DNA of 64,000 bases from Acidimicrobiales bacterium (GTDB lineage Bacteria; Actinomycetota; Acidimicrobiia; Acidimicrobiales; CATQHL01): contig CBDCPC010000001.1 of assembly GCA_965220035.1 (NCBI GenBank), forward strand, positions 1,539,719 to 1,603,718. The letters run 5' to 3'. Positions 1 to 7,523 of this stretch are shown piece after piece. The notes under the pieces were generated by a model. The model had not been told where the DNA came from. It saw only the letters and a program-made list of their open reading frames with translations, and did no database searches. The stretch's first letter is position 1; each line of letters starts with the position of its first letter. A program made the position numbers and the translations under genes.

Positions 1-85
1 GCCGGGCCGCCTTGAGTCGCCGCCACATCGCCCGCTGGTTGCGCTCGAGCGCGACGAGCGCACCCGCGTCAAGGATGACGTTCAT
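1..85 (-). CDS. PIN-domain (VapC-like) toxin, N-terminal 28 codons only; the gene continues past the left edge
   Basis: The reverse strand from ATG (85..83) reads MNVILDAGALVALERNQRAMWRRLKAAR, a typical PIN/VapC N-terminus. This ATG overlaps the TGA of the upstream antitoxin ORF by 4 nt (ATGA, 82..85). Confidence 0.6.
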   Translation of the reverse strand, partial: MNVILDAGALVALERNQRAMWRRLKAAR

Positions 86-360
86 CCGGCCCGGCGGTTT
101 GCCACGCGCGATGACGCGGCCGCATCCCGGTCCCGTTGGACTTGCTCGGCGACCTCCTCGCCGGTGATGAAGCCGTGCTCGGCCTCGTACCCGGAGATCA
201 GTTCGTCGAGCAGGGCGAGACGCCGATCCCTGCTCCGCCGTTCTGACATGGCCTTACTCACCCACTCGCTCACCGATCGGGCGCGACCCTCGCTGACCGC
301 CGCGTTGACCTCTGCAAGAAGAGTCTCATCCACTGTGATCGTGATACGCCGCTTGTGCAT
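82..360 (-). CDS. Ribbon-helix-helix (CopG/VapB-type) type II antitoxin
   Basis: A 92-aa ORF. The N-terminus ITITVDETLLAEVNAAV...RSVSEWVSKAM fits a beta-strand/helix/helix RHH fold. It has a 4-nt overlap with the downstream PIN ORF, the classic TA operon arrangement. Confidence 0.75.
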   Translation of the reverse strand: MHKRRITITVDETLLAEVNAAVSEGRARSVSEWVSKAMSERRSRDRRLALLDELISGYEAEHGFITGEEVAEQVQRDRDAAASSRVANRRAG

Positions 361-377
361 ATTAATATCCTATCTGG

Positions 378-395
378 GTATGCGCTGGCGCATAC
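378..395. promoter_or_regulatory. Candidate TA operator: inverted repeat GTATGCGC-TG-GCGCATAC
   Basis: Perfect 8-bp arms (378..385 and 388..395) lie 18-35 bp upstream of the antitoxin ATG (360), next to the AT-rich stretch ATTAATATCC. RHH antitoxins usually autoregulate through such palindromes. Confidence 0.4.
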
Positions 396-511
396 TCCTC
401 GCGCATCCCGGCTTGGCGCGGCGGGTGGGGCAGGGGAGGTTCGGTCGTCCGGCGGTTCGGTGCTGCGGAGACGAGTTCGGGGCCGTTGTCACCGCGCGGG
501 TGTGTCGTGAT

Positions 512-676
512 TCATTGCCGCACCTCACCGGATCCGGCGCCGAGCCCGCGGCATCGACCGAGCCCGGGACGCCTGAGGCCGCCGCCCGTGTCGCAGCAGG
601 GCCGGGAGTGTCTCAGATGCCGCCGAGGGGGGCCGAGCGCCCCGAGCGCGACATGGCTGTCGAGCAACAACCTCAC
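512..676 (-). pseudogene. Decayed PIN/VapC-like toxin remnant
   Basis: The reverse frame from GTG (676..674) reads VRLLLDSHVALGALG..., which resembles the LLDTHVxLW start of VapC toxins. It then degenerates into Arg/Gly-rich nonsense. It is preceded by a 25-codon stub (..VLDDIVGSDEETNALFERSALDV*) that ends 2 nt upstream. Confidence 0.25.
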
Positions 677-814
677 GATCAGACGTCGAGCGCCGACCGT
701 TCGAACAGGGCGTTGGTTTCCTCGTCGGAGCCGACGATGTCGTCGAGTACCTGTACTCAGACGCCGCCGTCGAGTTCGTCGCGACGGGAATATTGCGGGT
801 TGGGTGGGGGGCTG

Positions 815-2077
815 TCAGCGCCAGAGGGTGCTGATCGGCCGGAGATGTAGGCGGTCGCCGACGGTGAGGCTCTGGTCGCCGGTGTGTAGCAGGATCCCGG
901 CACGGAATGTTCCCGTCGCTGAGGCGTCGCTGCGGTCGCGGAGCCACGCGGCGTGGCGCAGTTGTGTGGCGCTGGGTGAACTTGTCGCTTTGATCTCGAC
1001 CGCCACGATGGCGCCGTCGGCTCGTTCGATGACGAGGTCGATCTCGTGGCCTTGGTGGTCGCGGTAGTGGTGCAGGCGGAGTCTGCCGGCTGACACGGAC
1101 ATGGCGCGGGCGATCTCGTTGACGACGAACGTCTCGAGCAGCGGGCCGGTTGCCGGTGCGGTGGGGGCGATCAGGCCGCCGGCGTCGAGGCCGAGCAGGC
1201 CGGCGGCCAAGCCGGTGTCGGTGATGTGGATCTTGGGTCTGCGCACCGGCCGGGCGGAGAGGTTGCGTGACCACGACGGGAGGCGATGGACGAGGAACAC
1301 CGCCTCCAGCCAGCCCAGATACGAATCGAGCGTCGCACGGTCGATGCCGAGGCGGCGTGACGCGGCCTGCACGTTGAGTTCGCCGCTTGTGCCGGCGGCG
1401 ACCCATTCGAGCAGCCGGGGCAGCACGGCGCGGCGGCGCAGGTCGCCCAGGGCGACGACGTCGCGCTCGATGACCGTCTGCGCGTAGCCCTCGAACCAGT
1501 CGCCGCGCAGGCCGCGTGGCAGGGCGACCGCCTCGGGGTAGCCGCCACGGCACAGCACTTCGAGGTAGTCGCGCCGGGCAAGCGGTCCGTCGCGCGTCCC
1601 GGTGATCGTGTCGGTGCCGGCGAGGTCGAACCAGGTGTGGATTGCCGGGGGTGGCGCGGCGTTCAGTTCCGCTTGCGACAGCGGCCACAGGCGGAGCAGA
1701 CGGATCCGGCCGGCCAGCGACTCGCTGATGGTGGGCACGGTGAGGAAGTTGGTGGAGCCGGTGAGCAGGAATCGCCCCGGGGCAGGATCGGCGTCGACTG
1801 CTTGCTTGACGGCCCGCACCACCCGGTCCCCGCCCAGCTGGATCTCGTCGATGACGAGGGGGTGGCGTTGATCGAGCAGGAAGCCGAGCGGGTCGGCCAC
1901 AGCGGCCTGCCGTACGGCGTCGTCGTCCAGCGATGCGTAGGTGCCGCCTCGCTCGCTCGCCACGAGCCGCGCCAGCGTCGACTTCCCGCACTGTCTGGCG
2001 CCGTGCAGCACGACCACCCGGAAGTGGCCCAGGGCTTCGTCGATCCGCTGCCGTACGTGCCTCGGGAACATCTGCAT
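815..2077 (-). CDS. AAA ATPase of the AAA_14/DUF4143 family, with a C-terminal restriction-endonuclease-like signature
   Basis: A 420-aa ORF with Walker A GARQCGKST and Walker B-like PLVIDEIQ. The C-terminal HEIDLVIERADGAIVAVEIK carries a D...E.K signature. Confidence 0.85.
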   Translation of the reverse strand: MQMFPRHVRQRIDEALGHFRVVVLHGARQCGKSTLARLVASERGGTYASLDDDAVRQAAVADPLGFLLDQRHPLVIDEIQLGGDRVVRAVKQAVDADPAPGRFLLTGSTNFLTVPTISESLAGRIRLLRLWPLSQAELNAAPPPAIHTWFDLAGTDTITGTRDGPLARRDYLEVLCRGGYPEAVALPRGLRGDWFEGYAQTVIERDVVALGDLRRRAVLPRLLEWVAAGTSGELNVQAASRRLGIDRATLDSYLGWLEAVFLVHRLPSWSRNLSARPVRRPKIHITDTGLAAGLLGLDAGGLIAPTAPATGPLLETFVVNEIARAMSVSAGRLRLHHYRDHQGHEIDLVIERADGAIVAVEIKATSSPSATQLRHAAWLRDRSDASATGTFRAGILLHTGDQSLTVGDRLHLRPISTLWR

Positions 2078-2553
2078 GCGCCGTAGGCTACCGAGTGTTC
2101 ACAGTTTGTCCTGTCCACTCATCGACAATATGTAGTTCCACAAATCGCTAGTTTTCCAGCACAGGGGATAGCGGAGGCGGCTGCGGCTGCGGCTGCGGAT
2201 GCATTGTGTCGAGGGTTCGGCGTTGGGGTGAGTCGCCGACCTCACCGAGTCCCAGGCGTGCTTGCCGTGAGCGGTAACGGCCGCCGGGGCTGCGGGCAGA
2301 GCACACCGAGATGGTCGGGGTGATCCACCGGTGGCAGAGGCTCTCCTCGGCGCCCCGACCGCTGTGACTCGAGCCCCGACGCGGCGCCCCGCACACGCCG
2401 GCTGGACGTCCCCGCCGACCCCAGCAGACGAGCAACAGCCGGAACGTGCTGTAGCGCCGCTGCCGGCGCCGGGCTCGCCCTGGATCGAGGCCGAACGATC
2501 GAAGCGAGATCGCAGCTACCGACCGCCCGACCGCTGGTCTTGTGTGGGGATCC

Positions 2554-3693
2554 TCAGAACCTGATGTCGACCGATGCCCAGGGACCGCGACCGTGGCTGT
2601 TCACGGCTCGGACCCAGTAGGTCTTCGCTCCGGAGGTGGCGCCGCCGAGGTCGAACACTGCGACCAAGGGCCCGCGCCCCGTGTCCTTCCGTCCGTATCC
2701 CGGGCTTGAGGCGCCGAGCGCGGAGTCGCCGACCTCGTAGCTCGTGATCCGGTCACCCCCGTCGTGTGGTGCCGACCATCTCATAATGACGGCGTCCTCT
2801 GCGCTGTTGAGCGTTGCCCGCAGATTCCGGGGGGCCTCCGGCCTCGAGGCCCCTGGAAGCGGGGTGGCGGTCTCGTCGCAGCCGTAATGCGCCCGATCAC
2901 CCCACGGGTCGGTATTCCTGACGTAGCTCGGTTCAAAGATGGACTGAACCGTGGCGGCTGCACCCCTTCCGGCCCGGTTCAACGCCTGCACCGACCACTC
3001 GTAGAGTTCCGAGATCAGGACGTCAGAATCGGTGTGGCTGCTGCCCGGAACGAGGTCATCGACGCCAGGGTCGGAATGTAGCGGGGTGAAACCCGTCTCA
3101 GCGGCACGTAGCCGGGTGACCTCATACGCCGTGACGCGCGTGCCTCCGCTGCTGGAGGGTGGATCCCAATCCAGCCGCATGCTGTGTGGAGCCCCCGTGA
3201 CGTCACAGACGACTGCTGTCACGCGGAGGTTCCGCGGCGCGCTCGCCGGTCGGCCGATCTCATCCAGTAGAGAGAACGGGGAGGCGAATAGCCATCTTCC
3301 GACCTCAACGGTGTCGTATTGGAAGAAGCGAGCCCGCGGCAGCCACACCTGGTCGCCGTCGACCTGCAGTCCGAACTCGACCCTGCCATTCGCAAGGAGC
3401 CGCGCCTGGATCCGCACGCTCGTGCCGTCACCCATCGTGTAGGGCGAGGCGAACAGCCACTGGCCCACTTTGGCGGTGGGGTAGGGGAACAGGCGCGCAC
3501 GCGGCAGCCATTCACCCTCACCGTCCAGTTGCAGACCGAACTCCACCTTGCCCGTCTCCACCTTGCGCGCCTTGATGCGCACGGTGGTGGCGGGAGCATC
3601 GGTCGCCTCGGCGTCCTGCGCTGCTGCGGGTGAGGTAACCAGAGCACTCGCTGCGATCACGACGACGGCCAGAGCACCAATGCGGCGAATCAT
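2554..3693 (-). CDS. Secreted protein: signal peptide, two copies of an uncharacterised ~52-aa repeat, and two fibronectin type III domains
   Basis: ATG at 3693..3691, 5 nt after the SD GGGGAGG. The signal peptide is MIRRIGALAVVVIAASALVTSPAAA. Tandem repeats read VRI(K/Q)AR..G(K/R)VEFGLQ(L/V)DG..WLPRAR.F.Y....VG.WLFASP. Two PRNLR(V/A)T...Y(E)V...W.V.A.N..G.G modules are typical FN3. The upstream in-frame part of track ORF 2554..4569 overlaps the Rieske gene and was rejected. Confidence 0.8.
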   Translation of the reverse strand: MIRRIGALAVVVIAASALVTSPAAAQDAEATDAPATTVRIKARKVETGKVEFGLQLDGEGEWLPRARLFPYPTAKVGQWLFASPYTMGDGTSVRIQARLLANGRVEFGLQVDGDQVWLPRARFFQYDTVEVGRWLFASPFSLLDEIGRPASAPRNLRVTAVVCDVTGAPHSMRLDWDPPSSSGGTRVTAYEVTRLRAAETGFTPLHSDPGVDDLVPGSSHTDSDVLISELYEWSVQALNRAGRGAAATVQSIFEPSYVRNTDPWGDRAHYGCDETATPLPGASRPEAPRNLRATLNSAEDAVIMRWSAPHDGGDRITSYEVGDSALGASSPGYGRKDTGRGPLVAVFDLGGATSGAKTYWVRAVNSHGRGPWASVDIRF

Positions 3694-3697
3694 GCTC

Positions 3698-3746
3698 GCC
3701 TCCCCTTTAACATTCGCAACGTCCGTGCGAATGTTAAAGGGGAGGC
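3698..3746 (-). promoter_or_regulatory. Perfect 21-bp-stem hairpin (7-nt loop) that abuts the Rieske stop codon and contains the SD of the downstream gene
   Basis: 3698..3718 is the exact reverse complement of 3726..3746 (GCCTCCCCTTTAACATTCGCA / TGCGAATGTTAAAGGGGAGGC). The stop TGA sits at 3749..3747. The 3' arm on the mRNA carries AAAGGGGAGG, 5 nt before the ATG at 3693. No U-tract follows. Confidence 0.7.
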
Positions 3747-4757
3747 TCAGATGCCGCCGATGGGTCCCAGCGCTCTGCGGTAGGCGAGGGCGGCGGCGTC
3801 GGGGCCGCGCAGGTGCAGTTCCTCGGTGAGTCGCACAGGCAGCGGCACGGGACGCTGGCTCTCCACGACGCGGCGGTCGGCCTCCATGATGACGTGCGTG
3901 AAGTCGAGGAAGCCCTGGTCGTCCTCGTCGAGGTTGTAGTTGCGGGACAGGAACAGGAACAACTCGTTGGTGTCGTCGGTGGTGGGTCTGCAGACAAGCG
4001 AGACGACCGTGCTCTGCCCGTCGGGCGTGCCCTTGCGCAGATGCACGCTGAACGGCAGCCACAGGAAGTACTCCCAGTGCACCTCGGTGCCGCTGGGCGA
4101 GTGCACGCCGCCCGGCTCCAACTCCTTGTAGTCGAAGTAGAAGCCGTAGTCCGTTTGGACCACGTCGTAGCCGCCCCTGACGGTGTGGTCCCGGCTTCCC
4201 AGCAGCCCGTCGTGCAGGAACGGGAAGTGAGCGAGGTCCATGAAGTTCTCCACCGTGCGGGCGGCGGAGGCCTGCCACGTGTAGCGGTGGCTGTACCAGA
4301 TCTTGACGCCGGGGTCCTCCCACTCCCCGGTGGGCCACTCGGTGATCGCTGCCACCGGCTCGGCAAGGGCGACCCAGACGAGCCCGTAGCGCTCGGTGGT
4401 GGGGAAACTCTTGACCTTGGCGCCGGAGGGGATGGGTGAACCCGGTTCGAGCGCCGGGATGTTCACGCAGCGACCCTCGCCGTTGTACTCCCAACCGTGG
4501 TAGGGGCAGGCGATGCAGCCATCCGGGGTGGTCCAGCCCAGTGACAGCGCCGTGCCCCGGTGGATGCACAGATCCTCCAGCACACGGGCCTGCCCACCGT
4601 CTCGGTAGGCCACAAGGCGCCGCCCCAGCAACTCGAACCCGATCGGCGCGTCGGCGGTCACCTCGGCCGATTCCAGCACCGGGTGCCAGTAGTTGGTGAG
4701 GTCGGGTGGGTCGGCTCCGATGTCATCGAGAATCGCAGTCGTCGCTGTCGTGGTCAT
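3747..4757 (-). CDS. Rieske [2Fe-2S] non-heme iron oxygenase, VanA/KshA-like oxygenase component
   Basis: A 336-aa ORF with the Rieske motif CIHRG-x17-CPYHGW (CxH...CxxH), followed by a catalytic-domain-sized C-terminus. Confidence 0.9.
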   Translation of the reverse strand: MTTTATTAILDDIGADPPDLTNYWHPVLESAEVTADAPIGFELLGRRLVAYRDGGQARVLEDLCIHRGTALSLGWTTPDGCIACPYHGWEYNGEGRCVNIPALEPGSPIPSGAKVKSFPTTERYGLVWVALAEPVAAITEWPTGEWEDPGVKIWYSHRYTWQASAARTVENFMDLAHFPFLHDGLLGSRDHTVRGGYDVVQTDYGFYFDYKELEPGGVHSPSGTEVHWEYFLWLPFSVHLRKGTPDGQSTVVSLVCRPTTDDTNELFLFLSRNYNLDEDDQGFLDFTHVIMEADRRVVESQRPVPLPVRLTEELHLRGPDAAALAYRRALGPIGGI

Positions 4758-4802
4758 CGCTCCTCCTCACAACGTGCAGGGGAATCGGTTCTTTGCCGGT
4801 GG

Positions 4803-4853
4803 GCGGATTCCGGCCCCGGATCGAGTCCGGGGCAGGCTCTCCGCCGGAATGAC
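4803..4853 (+). repeat. REP-like palindromic element, copy A, interrupted by a 24-nt nested hairpin
   Basis: Reads GGATTCCGGCC[ccggatcgagtccggggcaggctc]TCCGCCGGAATGAC. The flanks match the 27-nt consensus of copies B-G. The insert contains CCGGA-tcgag-TCCGG. Confidence 0.7.
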
Positions 4854-4918
4854 GCTAACCGCTCCGGAATGGCGTTATCCGGTCGTTCGGAGCGAGGTAG
4901 TTGCCGGCCGGCGATCCG

Positions 4919-5701
4919 CTACCCCCGGTCGTGGTCTATGCCGAAGAACGTGGCCTGCAGCAACTCCTCGTCGAGCATGTCGGCGGCGGGCTGCGACGGC
5001 CCGAGCACGCCGGAGTTCAACACGTAGACCCTGTCCACGTGCGGCAGGCAGAGCATCGGGCTCTCCTCGATGACCCAGAGGACCGACGTGCCCTGCTCGC
5101 GCACGGCCACGATGTCGGCGATGCGCTCCTGCACGATCGAGGGGGCAAGGCCGGTGGTGGGCTCGTCCAGAGCCAGGAACCGGGGCCGGGAGATCATGGC
5201 CGAGGCGATGGCCAGCATCTGGCGCTCGCCGCCCGAGAGCGTGCCGGCCCGGGCCCGGCGCAGCTCCTGCAGCGCCGGGAAGGACTCCAGCATCTCGTTG
5301 ATGCGCCGGATCTGGGCGAGCGGGGACTCACGCAGCAGGCTGACAGCGAGATTGTCGTACACCGTGAGTTCCGGGAAGGTGCTGCCCTCCTGGGGAACGT
5401 AGGCCATGCCCAGTTTGGCGCGTCCTCCTGTGCCTGTTTGCCCCAGGTCCTCGTCACCGAAGGTCATCGTGCCGCCCCGCACCGCCAGCAGCCCGAACAG
5501 CGTTTTCAGCAGGGTCGACTTGCCGGCACCGTTGGGTCCGATCACCGCGACGATCTCCGCCGGCGCCACTTCGAGGCTGACGCCGTGCAGGATGGGCAGG
5601 TCGCCGTAGCCGGAGTGCACGCTGCTGAGAACCAGGCTCGGCGCCGGCGACCGGTCCGGAGAATCACTCGTGGCGGGTAGGGAAGCCGCGTCGCCGTTCA
5701 T
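4919..5701 (-). CDS. livF: Branched-chain-amino-acid-type ABC transporter ATP-binding protein (LivF family)
   Basis: A 260-aa ORF with Walker A GPNGAGKST, signature LSGGERQ and Walker B FLALDEP. Its start overlaps the livG stop (ATGA). Confidence 0.9.
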   Translation of the reverse strand: MNGDAASLPATSDSPDRSPAPSLVLSSVHSGYGDLPILHGVSLEVAPAEIVAVIGPNGAGKSTLLKTLFGLLAVRGGTMTFGDEDLGQTGTGGRAKLGMAYVPQEGSTFPELTVYDNLAVSLLRESPLAQIRRINEMLESFPALQELRRARAGTLSGGERQMLAIASAMISRPRFLALDEPTTGLAPSIVQERIADIVAVREQGTSVLWVIEESPMLCLPHVDRVYVLNSGVLGPSQPAADMLDEELLQATFFGIDHDRG

Positions 5702-6474
5702 GTGTCCGCTCCCATGTACACCTGGCGCACCAGCGCGCTGGCGGCGATCTCGTCGGGGGTGCCCTCGGCGATGAGCCGCCCGTTGGCCATCACGTGCACG
5801 TAGTCCGCCACGTCGAGCACGAAGGAGAGGTTGTGGTCGATGATCATCAGGGCGATGCCGCTGCGATGCACACTCCGAATCAGCTCCGAGAGCCTCGAGA
5901 TGGCACCGGGGTTGACACCGGCCGCCGGTTCGTCCAGCAGCAGTAGCCGGGGCCGGCTCATGAGCTGCCGGGCCAACTCGGCGAGCTTGCGGTCGCCGGC
6001 GGCCAGCTCGTCCACCGGGGTGTCGAGCAGTTGGTGCAGCCCCAGGTCCTCGAGGATCTCATCGGTCCGCCGCGACAGTTCGGCGACCTCGTGCCGGCCC
6101 CGGGTCGTCAGCATTCCGGTGAGCACCGCGTGCGAGGCGCCCGCCACCTGCATACTCTCCCAGACGGTCATGGTGGGGAATCCCACTGGCGTCTGGAACG
6201 TGCGCACAACGCCCTGCCGGGAGATCTGCCAGGGTGCCAGTCCCGTCACCGGGCGGCCGTCGAACGTGATGTCGCCGGCATCAGCTCGTTCGTAGCCGGT
6301 GACGATGTTGAACAGTGTCGTCTTGCCGGCGCCGTTGGGGCCGATGAGGGCGGTGATGCGATCGGGGTAGAGATCAAGGGACACGTCGTGCACCGCCACG
6401 TTGCCCCCGAAGGCCTTGTACAAACCGTGGGTGCTCAGCAGAGCGTCGCCGCCGGCGGTCTCCGGGACAGTCAC
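5698..6474 (-). CDS. livG: Branched-chain-amino-acid-type ABC transporter ATP-binding protein (LivG family)
   Basis: The GTG start (6474..6472) overlaps the livM stop (GTGA). It has Walker A GPNGAGKTT and Walker B LLLLDEPAAG. The N-terminal 370 aa of track ORF 5698..7584 is an out-of-frame shadow of livM. Confidence 0.88.
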   Translation of the reverse strand: MTVPETAGGDALLSTHGLYKAFGGNVAVHDVSLDLYPDRITALIGPNGAGKTTLFNIVTGYERADAGDITFDGRPVTGLAPWQISRQGVVRTFQTPVGFPTMTVWESMQVAGASHAVLTGMLTTRGRHEVAELSRRTDEILEDLGLHQLLDTPVDELAAGDRKLAELARQLMSRPRLLLLDEPAAGVNPGAISRLSELIRSVHRSGIALMIIDHNLSFVLDVADYVHVMANGRLIAEGTPDEIAASALVRQVYMGADT

Positions 6475-7523
6475 GGCGCCACCTCTTTTTCGGCGTCGCC
6501 GCGTTGGCCCAGGCGTCGCAGCCGCGACGCCACGGCAGCACCGGCGGCGTCGAGGGTGGTCGTCTGGCGAGCTCGCTGCCCGAACGTCCCGCGCTCGGAG
6601 AGCAGGCCCTGGGGGCGGAAGCGCAGTACCAGCACCAGCAGCAGGCCGATGGCCAGGGGATGCACGGCCACGTGCAGGTTGCGGAGTTCCGACGGCACGT
6701 CGATCAACTCGACCAGTTCGGTGAAGAGCAGCAGGACCGCCACACCCAGCGTGGCTCCGAACCGGCTGGCGATGCCGCCCAGTACCAGCGCGGTCCATGC
6801 TGTGAACGTGAACTGGGGTTCGAAGACTGAGGGTGCCACGTAGCGCAGCCACCACAGGTACAGCGGGGCGATGCCGCCGACGGCGATACCCACCAGCACG
6901 AAGGTCTGCAGGCGCAGCCGGTTCACCCGGATCCCCAGCGACAGGGCCACCGGCTCGTTGTCGCGCATGGCCCGCAGCGCCCGCCCATAGCCCGAGCGGC
7001 TGAGCCGGCGGGTCAGTCCGTAGACCAGAAGCGCAGCGCCCCAAGTCACAGCGAGCAGGACGGCTCTCAGGCCGTCTTTTTCGAAGAAGCTCTCGAACGG
7101 CCGGGCCACGCTGCTGAAGCCCACAGTCCCGTGGGTGACGCCGCGCAGGTTGATCGCCAGCTGGCGGATCACCTCCGCGAAGGCGAACGTGATGATCAAG
7201 AAGTACTCGCGCCGCGCTCGCAGGGCGGGCAGTCCGACGAGGAAGGCCACGACGCCCGTCATCGCCATGGACACGAGGATTCCCGCCCAGACGGGCCAGC
7301 CGGGGGCGAACCGCACATCGAAATCCCCGGGGGCGTTGGTGGTGATGGTGTAGGTGTAGGAGCCGATGGCCAGCAGCCCCACGATGCCCAGGTCCCACAT
7401 GCCGCCCCATCCGGCCTCCACGTTCAGCAGCATGGTGACCGCGGCGTAGACGCCGATGAGCATGAACAGGCTCATCCAGAAGGTCGGCGACCCCAGGGCG
7501 CTGATGGCGGCAAGGGTGTTCAC
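6471..7523 (-). CDS. livM: Branched-chain-amino-acid-type ABC transporter permease (LivM family)
   Basis: A 350-aa polytopic membrane ORF with 4-nt overlaps to both neighbours. Confidence 0.88.
   Translation of the reverse strand: MNTLAAISALGSPTFWMSLFMLIGVYAAVTMLLNVEAGWGGMWDLGIVGLLAIGSYTYTITTNAPGDFDVRFAPGWPVWAGILVSMAMTGVVAFLVGLPALRARREYFLIITFAFAEVIRQLAINLRGVTHGTVGFSSVARPFESFFEKDGLRAVLLAVTWGAALLVYGLTRRLSRSGYGRALRAMRDNEPVALSLGIRVNRLRLQTFVLVGIAVGGIAPLYLWWLRYVAPSVFEPQFTFTAWTALVLGGIASRFGATLGVAVLLLFTELVELIDVPSELRNLHVAVHPLAIGLLLVLVLRFRPQGLLSERGTFGQRARQTTTLDAAGAAVASRLRRLGQRGDAEKEVAP

Noticed and set aside
525-1991. Very long antisense or out-of-frame ORFs in the track. Examples are 525..1991(-), 11535..13895(+), 39036..40748(-), 44213..45682(+), 53038..55464(-) and 55828..56919(+), among many others.
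   Set aside because: They lie opposite, or out of frame with, ORFs that carry clear family motifs. Their translations are Arg/Pro/Gly/His-rich low-complexity strings with no motifs. These are the usual shadow ORFs of high-GC DNA.
2171-2200. A short hexamer tract (GCGGNN)x5, containing GGCTGC x3, in the 476-bp gap 2078..2553. I also noted the ORFs 2148..2435(-) and 2331..2564(+).
   Set aside because: The tract is too short and too simple to be a CRISPR, VNTR or regulatory array with any confidence. The ORFs have no SD and no recognisable motifs, and one overlaps the convergent FN3 gene end. They may be gene remnants, but I cannot support that.
3694-4569. N-terminal extensions of composite track ORFs: 2554..4569, 5698..7584, 22734..23882, 24638..27262, 25813..27756, 30005..31330, 31110..33800, 32190..34244, 36983..39010 and 38763..39575.
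   Set aside because: The extensions overlap neighbouring well-supported genes in another frame and are compositionally non-protein-like. Internal starts with SD sequences or 4-nt stop/start overlaps give proteins of normal family length.
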